Assembly (NCBI GenBank): GCA_000503915.1
Contig: CP006915.1
Location: 1 to 32,000 of the forward strand
Origin: Candidatus Saccharimonadota bacterium
GTDB lineage: Bacteria > Patescibacteriota > Saccharimonadia > Saccharimonadales > Saccharimonadaceae
DNA length: 32,000 bases
Direction: 5' to 3'
Numbering within the stretch: the first letter of the stretch is position 1; each line of letters begins with the position of its first letter. A program made the translations under genes and the position numbers. The notes under the pieces were generated by a model. It made no database searches and was not told where the DNA came from. It was given only the letters and a program-made list of their open reading frames with translations. This document shows, piece after piece, positions 16,211 to 22,480 of this stretch.

Positions 16211-16219
16211 ATTATATCA
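16211..16219 (-). promoter_or_regulatory. Extended -10 (TGaTATAAT) for the lemA-htpX-...-ABC block
   Basis: Minus strand reads aaaaTGATATAATgcaagc, about 35 nt upstream of lemA ATG. It lies directly downstream of the tRNA-Leu terminator. Confidence 0.5.
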
Positions 16220-16228
16220 TTTTTGACG

Positions 16229-16255
16229 AAAAAAATCGACAGTGTTACTACTGTC
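16229..16255 (-). terminator. Rho-independent terminator after tRNA-Leu(TAA)
   Basis: Hairpin gacagt-gttact-actgtc (16238-16255), followed on the minus strand by T7 (plus-strand A-run 16229-16235). Confidence 0.65.
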
Positions 16256-16269
16256 AATTTTATATATTT

Positions 16270-16358
16270 TGGTGCGCGGGGCGGGGATCGAACCCGCACG
16301 GCCTTTTGGGCCAACAGATTTTAAGTCTGCACTGTCTACCTAGTTCCAGCACCCGCGC
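16270..16358 (-). tRNA. tRNA-Leu (anticodon TAA), type II with long variable arm, CCA encoded
   Basis: 89 nt: GCGCGGG...CCCGCGC-A-CCA. Anticodon arm is GCAGA-CTTAAAA-TCTGT and the variable arm is GGCCCAAAAGGCC. Confidence 0.92.
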
Positions 16359-16398
16359 TCACTTTAATAGTATAATTAAGGTCTGCAAATTCTATAAG

Positions 16399-16407
16399 TG
16401 ATATAAT
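16399..16407 (+). promoter_or_regulatory. Extended -10 (TGaTATAAT) abutting the HNH ORF
   Basis: gTGaTATAAT-ATGTTC-ATG. The first ATG (16408) touches the box and the second (16414) is 6 nt downstream. Confidence 0.45.
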
Positions 16408-16413
16408 ATGTTC

Positions 16414-16860
16414 ATGAAAACATGCAGTAAGTGTAGCGAGAATAAGGATGAATCTGATTTTTTTGTAAAAGATAAAAAAAGCGGACGTCTCCATGCTCAC
16501 TGCAAGGAATGCTACAAGGAACATAGAAAAACATTTTACGCAGCACACTACGCAAAATATGGTAATCTGTATCGCGAGCGCGCTCGTTTACGACGAGAGG
16601 CCGTAAAAAAGGAGTTCCGAACAAACATGTTGGCTCTACTTAAAAAAAGTGCATGCGAAGTGTGCGGGGAAAGTGATATAAGAGTACTCGAATTCGATCA
16701 CCTCGACCCTACGACAAAAACATTTTCTATATCTCAAGCTGTGAAGTATGGTTATTCCTGGAGTGAAGTTCTGAATGAGATTAAGAAGTGTCGTATTCTT
16801 TGTGCGAACTGTCATAAAAAGCATACTGCAGCACAAAGCAAATGGTATAAAAATATTTAA
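16414..16860 (+). CDS. Free-standing HNH endonuclease with N-terminal CxxC...CxxC zinc ribbon
   Basis: 148 aa from ATG 16414 (150 aa from 16408). N-terminal CSKC...HCKEC, then CEVCG...LEFDHLDP...N...ILCANCHKKH, i.e. an HNH/His-Me finger. It is flanked by tRNA-Leu and tRNA-Cys on the opposite strand. Confidence 0.8.
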   Translation: MKTCSKCSENKDESDFFVKDKKSGRLHAHCKECYKEHRKTFYAAHYAKYGNLYRERARLRREAVKKEFRTNMLALLKKSACEVCGESDIRVLEFDHLDPTTKTFSISQAVKYGYSWSEVLNEIKKCRILCANCHKKHTAAQSKWYKNI

Positions 16861-16868
16861 ATGCAGCT

Positions 16869-16942
16869 TGGAGGCACCGAGCGGAATCGAACCGCTGTAC
16901 GAGCTTTTGCAGAGCTCTGCCTAACCATTCGGCCACGGCGCC
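16869..16942 (-). tRNA. tRNA-Cys (anticodon GCA), CCA encoded
   Basis: 74 nt: GGCGCCG...CGGTGCC-T-CCA. Anticodon arm is GAGCT-CTGCAAA-AGCTC, and the U73 discriminator fits Cys identity. Confidence 0.92.
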
Positions 16943-16997
16943 ACTAGTGTCATTATAGCAAATTTTCTCGCCGTTTCGATGGATGAGATCGTTAGAC

Positions 16998-17003
16998 TAT
17001 AAT
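16998..17003 (+). promoter_or_regulatory. -10 box (TATAAT) 8 nt upstream of ATG 17012
   Basis: TATAAT-taaggagt-ATG. The AAGGAG ends only 1 nt before the ATG, too close for a normal SD. Confidence 0.4.
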
Positions 17004-17011
17004 TAAGGAGT

Positions 17012-17521
17012 ATGCAAAAAATTGGTATTTACTCTGGTACGTTCGACCCTCTCCATGAAGGGCATCTTGCTTTTGCGCTGGCTGCTCTGGAGCAGTGCGA
17101 GCTGGAGAAAGTAATCTTTATTCCAGAATCATCGCCACGCGGGAAACAAAACGTTTCGCCATTTGTCATGCGGCTCAAACAGCTTACCGAATATCTTCGT
17201 GCGTACCCCCGTCTGGATGTGCATAGCTTGAAGTCGACTCGCTTTACAGTACACGACACTCTTCCCGAACTACAACAGCAATTCCCGCAAGCTACCTTTA
17301 CCTTTCTGGTTGGATCAGACGTTGCACTCGGGCTTAAGGACTGGCCGGATATTCAGCTCCTGCTGAAGACGAACACGTTCGCCATCGGCATGCGTTCCGA
17401 CCAGACGGATGAAGAGATCGAGCGTAGCCTTGAGCAACTGAATAAAATATATGATCTTACGATCGAAGCGACGATCATTCATACCGACAAAGCTAATCTT
17501 GCATCGTCAAACCTTAAATAA
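17012..17521 (+). CDS. nadD: Nicotinate/nicotinamide-nucleotide adenylyltransferase-like protein (short NadD-type cytidylyltransferase fold)
   Basis: 169 aa. N-terminal GIYSGTFDPLHEGHLAFA carries the (H/T)xGH nucleotidyltransferase motif. It is shorter than typical NadD, so substrate assignment is uncertain. Confidence 0.65.
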   Translation: MQKIGIYSGTFDPLHEGHLAFALAALEQCELEKVIFIPESSPRGKQNVSPFVMRLKQLTEYLRAYPRLDVHSLKSTRFTVHDTLPELQQQFPQATFTFLVGSDVALGLKDWPDIQLLLKTNTFAIGMRSDQTDEEIERSLEQLNKIYDLTIEATIIHTDKANLASSNLK

Positions 17522-17528
17522 ACAACAA

Positions 17529-17546
17529 GCCGACCAAAAGGTCGGC
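17529..17546. terminator. Hairpin between nadD-like stop and the tRNA-Leu(GAG) 3' end
   Basis: gccgacc-aaaa-ggtcggc. The flanks are moderately T-rich on both strands (atattattc / ttgttgtt). Confidence 0.5.
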
Positions 17547-17555
17547 ATATTATTC

Positions 17556-17643
17556 TGGTGCGCGAGAGAGGACTTGAACCTCCACGAGCGCAATGCTCAC
17601 CAGCCCCTCAAGCTGACGCGTCTACCAATTCCGCCACTCGCGC
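17556..17643 (-). tRNA. tRNA-Leu (anticodon GAG), type II, CCA encoded
   Basis: 88 nt: GCGCGAG...CTCGCGC-A-CCA. Anticodon arm is TCAGC-TTGAGGG-GCTGG, with a long variable arm and T-arm GGTTCAAGTCC. Confidence 0.9.
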
Positions 17644-17700
17644 ATATTATTAACTGTAAAGTACATGGCAGCTTAGCGCCATCTCGGACTTTCCCGCGCC

Positions 17701-17747
17701 CGCGTCTACGATTGATTTACGTTTCACGTAGCCGCCACTCGCGCATA
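17701..17747 (-). pseudogene. Partial duplicate of the 5' part of tRNA-Leu(GAG): acceptor 5' strand plus D-arm, interrupted by a 22-nt hairpin insert
   Basis: ccgccactcgcgcata (17732-17747) matches 17631-17646, and cgcgtctac (17701-17709) matches 17617-17625. The intervening 22 nt replace aattg. No anticodon arm or T arm follows. Confidence 0.7.
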
Positions 17748-17772
17748 AGGACTTCGGCTATTATAGCTCGAA

Positions 17773-19575
17773 CTAGGGTGTTTTGTAAACTGGAGTACGC
17801 ACGGCCGACCAGTATAAAATATCACTGAACCGTTCGGGCGACGACGGTAGTCCCGTCGAGGACAAAACCGGCTGCACACTAGGGCGATAGGCGTAGCGCA
17901 TGACCGACTGATAAAGCCCTAAGGCTGGCGCGTCTTTTAGCCATTGTCTGGCAAAAGCTTTGTATTTTTCATTTCGCAGCTGTGTATCGTTAGTACTGCG
18001 AGCACTCGATAAAATATCGTCGCCGATCTCACTCTTGTAATTCGAGAAGTTGTACCCCACGCTGGTCGCCTGCGAAGAGTGCCAGTAAACATAGACATCT
18101 GGATCGGCACCGATTACCCGCTCGTAGAGCAAAACGTCATAGGCGCGCGGCTGCAGGACCGCCTGCACAAAATCCTCCGTTGGACTCTCGGGATCTTTGA
18201 CAGTCGTCTTTACGTCGATTCCAAGCTTACGCCATTGTCCTGCCAGGCGTTCGAGTACTTTTTCATAAACGCTATCTTTTACCGTTACAACCTGGAGGGT
18301 AAGTGGCTGCTTTTTTTTGTTCACTCGCACCTGAGCGCCTTTTGGCAACGTCCACCCCGCCTTTGTCAGTAGCTTTTCGGCTTCCCCGATATTATGACGC
18401 GGTGGGGCGGGGATACCTTTGCCGCTTAGTTGCCCATTTACAAATGGCAGATAAAGCGCAGGTACTGGGTAGCCGATTGCTTCACGAACCCTGTTCACAT
18501 CAGTACCAACCTGAAGCGCCAGGCGTACCTGCTTATCTTTTAATGATCCTGTCGTCGTATTAAAAAGGCTGTAGACCCCGCTGTTGATCGGTGTATCAAC
18601 AACCGTGATACCTTTTGGCAATGATACAGCCGAAGCATCGATGTCACTCGCGGCATTTACTTCACCAGTACGCAGGGCACGTACCATATCATCCTGGTTT
18701 TTGTAGGCGTGCAGCTCGAAGCGGGAGAGTTTCGGCTTTCCCCCATAGTAGTGATCCGATGCCGATAAGTTAACGATCTTGTGCTTCCGATCGGGGGATA
18801 ATTGGAGCAATTTCAGTGTGAATGGTCCACTGCCGACAGGTGCAATACTAAATGTGTTCTGTCGTAGCATACTTGGTGAGACATCCTCCAGCACGTGCTG
18901 TGGCAAGACGGCAAAAGTGAGTGCATGAGGGAAGGGTGCAGTCGGTGCGGGCAAAGTAAATTGCACGGTATATTCATCGAGGGCTTTTACGCCCACATTA
19001 TCCCAACTGCCGCTTCGGTACATCACTGACTGCGCTTCAGGTGATTTCATTAGATTGACAGTGAAAACGATATCATCGGCTGTTATTTTCACATTGTCAC
19101 CCCAGTAAGCGTCGTGACGGAGCTGTAAGGTGTACTGCTTGCCGTCCTTGCTGCTTGTCATCGAAGTTGCCAGATCGGGAGCGAGATGACCCGTATCGTC
19201 ATACCGGTACAACGACGAGAAAATCAACCGACTTGCCGATAACTCGGCGTTCGTCGAAGCATAGAGCGGATTAAGTGTATCAATCGGACCGATCGAAGCC
19301 TCAGCAAACGTACCGCCATCTTTCCATGCCATCGTTCGATAAGCCTGTTGATACCAGATCATCTGCAGTGCCACCGCTGCAATCAAAACGCCGACGATGA
19401 CAAGCCAGAGGATAATATGCTGTTTAGCATTACGAAGTGAGTCAAGCTTATTGAGGACGAAACGGTGCGCATGACGCGTCGTTGTCGTCTCTGCCTTGTG
19501 AGCCCTACGATAGAATTTTTTACTATCAAAACCGAGACGCCGAAACCGTTTCCAACTACCTTTTTCGTCTGCCAC
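17773..19575 (-). CDS. ABC-transporter family-5 (peptide/nickel type) substrate-binding protein, TM-anchored
   Basis: 600 aa. A basic N-terminus is followed by one TM helix (IILWLVIVGVLIAAVALQMIWY) and then an approximately 520-aa domain with the OppA/DppA-like pattern (..LNPLYA.., ..FTL...D.YWGD...ITADD..). No cognate permease or ATPase is adjacent. Confidence 0.7.
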   Translation of the reverse strand: MADEKGSWKRFRRLGFDSKKFYRRAHKAETTTTRHAHRFVLNKLDSLRNAKQHIILWLVIVGVLIAAVALQMIWYQQAYRTMAWKDGGTFAEASIGPIDTLNPLYASTNAELSASRLIFSSLYRYDDTGHLAPDLATSMTSSKDGKQYTLQLRHDAYWGDNVKITADDIVFTVNLMKSPEAQSVMYRSGSWDNVGVKALDEYTVQFTLPAPTAPFPHALTFAVLPQHVLEDVSPSMLRQNTFSIAPVGSGPFTLKLLQLSPDRKHKIVNLSASDHYYGGKPKLSRFELHAYKNQDDMVRALRTGEVNAASDIDASAVSLPKGITVVDTPINSGVYSLFNTTTGSLKDKQVRLALQVGTDVNRVREAIGYPVPALYLPFVNGQLSGKGIPAPPRHNIGEAEKLLTKAGWTLPKGAQVRVNKKKQPLTLQVVTVKDSVYEKVLERLAGQWRKLGIDVKTTVKDPESPTEDFVQAVLQPRAYDVLLYERVIGADPDVYVYWHSSQATSVGYNFSNYKSEIGDDILSSARSTNDTQLRNEKYKAFARQWLKDAPALGLYQSVMRYAYRPSVQPVLSSTGLPSSPERFSDILYWSAVRTPVYKTP

Positions 19576-19587
19576 GATTCGTTTGCC

Positions 19588-19824
19588 TTAACCAGTAATC
19601 GACGGCAATAATAAGCCAGCTAAAATCGAAAGTACAAAGACGACCGACAGGACAACGGTCGCTTCAAACAAGCTTTTGTCCAACCCACGACGCGTTGTAT
19701 AAAGTTCACCCGAGCTACCGAAGCCCGCACCGAGACTGGCGCCGCGTTGCTGCAGTAGGATACAGATAATCATCAAAACACCCGAGCCGAGGGTAACGTA
19801 TTGTAATGCGATCGCAAAATCCAT
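19588..19824 (-). CDS. secG: Preprotein translocase subunit SecG
   Basis: 78 aa with two TM helices flanking LLQQRGASLGAGFGSSGELY, the SecG Gly-rich loop. Confidence 0.85.
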   Translation of the reverse strand: MDFAIALQYVTLGSGVLMIICILLQQRGASLGAGFGSSGELYTTRRGLDKSLFEATVVLSVVFVLSILAGLLLPSITG

Positions 19825-19830
19825 TGTTGT

Positions 19831-20226
19831 TTATATCTCCTTCCGCGTGGGTTCGTGACTCAGCTCCAGCACGCTGCTTACTATATAGTTTATCAAACTT
19901 AGGATAATCCCGGTAATGACCGAGTACCAGAACGTCATGGCCAGCCCAGGGGCTAACGCGAGCGATATATAGACCATCAAGCCATTGACAATGAAAGTGA
20001 ATAGACCGAGCGTCAATAAAATTGCTGGCAGCGACAATACGATAACAACCGGGCGAAGCAAGCTGTTCACTATCGAGAAGATTAGACCAGCGAGCAAAAA
20101 GACCCTTACTCCGGCATCAATCGTTGCTGTCGGGTCATAGCCTGTGCCGAAAACACGCACCGCAACCCAGAGGCCAAATGAGTTCAGCAGCCAGCGGAGC
20201 AAAAAGACCGTAAATTGTTTTCTCAT
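19831..20226 (-). CDS. DUF360 / phage-holin-4_2 family membrane protein
   Basis: 131 aa with 4 TM segments. Motifs: LLNSFGLWVAV..., SIVNSLLRPVVIVLSLPAILLTLGLFTFIVNGLM. Confidence 0.78.
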   Translation of the reverse strand: MRKQFTVFLLRWLLNSFGLWVAVRVFGTGYDPTATIDAGVRVFLLAGLIFSIVNSLLRPVVIVLSLPAILLTLGLFTFIVNGLMVYISLALAPGLAMTFWYSVITGIILSLINYIVSSVLELSHEPTRKEI

Positions 20227-20253
20227 ATCGTTTACCTCTAGTATAGCGTTTCC

Positions 20254-21453
20254 CTACGGGCTTGTCGATAAGCGCTGACTCAAATTACGGTGGCCGCTCT
20301 CCGTTATTAAGATGCCGTCTTCGATGCGCACGCCAATTCCCTCTTCAGGAATATAGATGCCTGGCTCGACTGTTAGTACCATCCCCGACTTGAGATAGCG
20401 AGTCCCCCCGAGGCTATCGTGCACGTCGATACCAAGTCCATGACTGACGGCGTGCGGCATGTAGCGCCGAATACTTTCTTCGCCATTATAAAGATCGAGT
20501 TGTTTTAACGCTTCATTCATGACTTCATCAACTTGGCGCTGATACTCTTCAACGTTTAGCTCCGGTTCGAGAAGAGCAATGATTCGGCGCTGCGCCTCCT
20601 CAACCGCCCGGTGAACAGCCAGTTGTCGTTTCGAGGCCGTACCCTTCTGGATCGTACGCGTAATATCAGCTGCGTAGCCACCGGCTTCCGCACCAATATC
20701 CATCAGTATCAGCGCGTTCTTTTTGATTGAGCCACTGTTGGCAATGTAGTGCAATGTACAGGCATTTTTACCCGCTGCCACAATCGGCTCGTAGGCATGT
20801 CCGGTCATCCCACTTCGACGGAAAGCATGAGTAAAGTCAGCTTCGATCTCGTATTCATACCGGTAGCTTTCGATATCATGCCGTATCGATTCAAACGCCG
20901 CGGTCGTTACATTAATAGCTCGTTGTATGGCCTTGATTTCCTCCGGCTGCTTGATGGCGCGCATTTTTGCAAGGTCTTTACGACAGTCGATCACGTCATC
21001 AAAAATCCGCTCTAGTTTCTGCTGGTTTTTCTTAAGGCTAGGATTGAGGACAAAATTGAAATACCGTGCTTCTGGTGGCGGCCCAACTGTATAGACAGCA
21101 GCGTGCTTGCGCCGTAGCTGGCGAAGCAATGGGTCGAAATCCTTTGCCGCAATGATCGTTGATATACCACTTTGTTCGGCCGCTTCATCTGCACTAAGGC
21201 CGCCTTCGAACACTTGGTGCACTTCATCAGTTTCCGGCATCACGAGCCAGCTTTTCCTTTCGGTGCCGTCGATAATCACCAGCCAATCCGGCTCATCGAT
21301 CCCGGTCAGATACCAAAAATTCGGCTCCTGCGAAAAAGCCGCTGCCATGTCGCTACGGCGCTGTGTGCGATTATAGGCCGACAAGACAATAAGCCCGCCA
21401 CCCAATCCCTGTATTAAACTACTCCGATTACGCGTAAAAAAAATAGATTTCAT
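20254..21453 (-). CDS. pepP: Xaa-Pro aminopeptidase (M24B)
   Basis: 399 aa. M24 metal ligand context: MDIGAEAGGYAADITRT, HGLGIDVHD, VLTVEPGIY, GVRIEDGILIT. Confidence 0.9.
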   Translation of the reverse strand: MKSIFFTRNRSSLIQGLGGGLIVLSAYNRTQRRSDMAAAFSQEPNFWYLTGIDEPDWLVIIDGTERKSWLVMPETDEVHQVFEGGLSADEAAEQSGISTIIAAKDFDPLLRQLRRKHAAVYTVGPPPEARYFNFVLNPSLKKNQQKLERIFDDVIDCRKDLAKMRAIKQPEEIKAIQRAINVTTAAFESIRHDIESYRYEYEIEADFTHAFRRSGMTGHAYEPIVAAGKNACTLHYIANSGSIKKNALILMDIGAEAGGYAADITRTIQKGTASKRQLAVHRAVEEAQRRIIALLEPELNVEEYQRQVDEVMNEALKQLDLYNGEESIRRYMPHAVSHGLGIDVHDSLGGTRYLKSGMVLTVEPGIYIPEEGIGVRIEDGILITESGHRNLSQRLSTSP

Positions 21454-21490
21454 TTGCTGTCTATTATATCAAGCGAATCACCATAATCCG

Positions 21491-22468
21491 CTATTGCGGA
21501 CCCGCATTGTATACAGCTTGAACCTCAGCGTCCGATAGCGCTCTACTATAGAGACGAACATCGTCGATTTTCCCATTAAAATAATAAGAGCTGGCGAACC
21601 GTCCGATGTCTATCGTGCCAGTTCCATTACCGATTGCCGTACTTCCTGTATCGGAATCACACTTTATCCCGTCGATGTAGAGGGCTGTATTTGCGCCGTC
21701 CTGCAGCCCGACAATATGGTGCCAGTTATTCGCTGAAGGAATAGTACATACCGTATTGTTATTGTACGGAGCGCCGCCTCGCCAATACATTAAGGTTCCA
21801 GAAAAGAATATTTCCCACATTTGGTTAACTGGATTTTTTCCGATCACAAAACCAAGCTGAGAAAAGTTAGCACTGTATACCCACGCCGATGTCGTGATAG
21901 TAGTTGCAATACTTATCGTCGGAACCTGTATATAGGTATTGCTGCCGTTGAAGGCATACGCCTGGTTTGTGCTGCCGTTCTTGTCAGTAGTGGGTGATGC
22001 ATTTACCACGAGTCCGTCGTGTCCACCACCGCTGGTATCATTACCGTTGCCATTGAGCGGCCACCAGCCGACCAGCCCTTGCGTTGGGCAACTGCCAGCT
22101 TGCGGTGACTGATTGATACCATCGAGATAATATGTCACGTCCGCAACTTTTGTACTGCCACCTTGCAGGCAAAACGAACTGCCGTCGCTACTGCCGCCAC
22201 CAGCAATCGCCACACTGTCGCCACTCTTAAAACTTGACGGCACGGCGAACGGATAGCCGCTGCCAAAGTTTTTTGCTTGCTCCAGCGCTGCAGCGGCTGA
22301 CTTTAGGTCGGCCTGTACCGAGCTTTGCGCTAGTCGTGTCTGCCAGGATCCATAACCTACAACGGTAATACCTGCTAATATAGCCACGACAGCAACCACG
22401 ATCATAAGTTCGACAATCGTAAACGCAACGTTGAAATATCTATTTTTACGTGCCCACTTCATGTTCAT
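21491..22468 (-). CDS. Type IV pilin-like protein fused to a LamG/concanavalin-A-like lectin domain
   Basis: 325 aa. N-terminus is MNMKWARKNRYFNVA|FTIVELMIVVAVVAILAGI (prepilin-type, Ala at -1). The C-terminal approximately 200 aa carry LVGWWPLNGNGNDTSGGGHDG...AYAFNGSNTYIQVP...WHHIV...LYIDG...GKIDDVRLYSRALSDAEVQAVY, the LamG_3 pattern. Confidence 0.85.
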   Translation of the reverse strand: MNMKWARKNRYFNVAFTIVELMIVVAVVAILAGITVVGYGSWQTRLAQSSVQADLKSAAAALEQAKNFGSGYPFAVPSSFKSGDSVAIAGGGSSDGSSFCLQGGSTKVADVTYYLDGINQSPQAGSCPTQGLVGWWPLNGNGNDTSGGGHDGLVVNASPTTDKNGSTNQAYAFNGSNTYIQVPTISIATTITTSAWVYSANFSQLGFVIGKNPVNQMWEIFFSGTLMYWRGGAPYNNNTVCTIPSANNWHHIVGLQDGANTALYIDGIKCDSDTGSTAIGNGTGTIDIGRFASSYYFNGKIDDVRLYSRALSDAEVQAVYNAGPQ

Positions 22469-22480
22469 AACTATAGCATT

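Noticed and set aside
17004-17011. AAGGAG upstream of the nadD-like gene as its Shine-Dalgarno
   Set aside because: It ends 1 nt before the ATG, far short of the usual 5-9 nt spacing. The TATAAT 8 nt upstream fits the window-wide leaderless pattern better, although this remains untested.
17685-17694. GGAAAGUCCG (minus strand), identical to the core of RNase P RNA conserved region CR-I
   Set aside because: Only about 130 nt separate the flanking CDS and tRNA. None of the other RNase P conserved regions or helices could be found, so it is a chance match within the tRNA leader.
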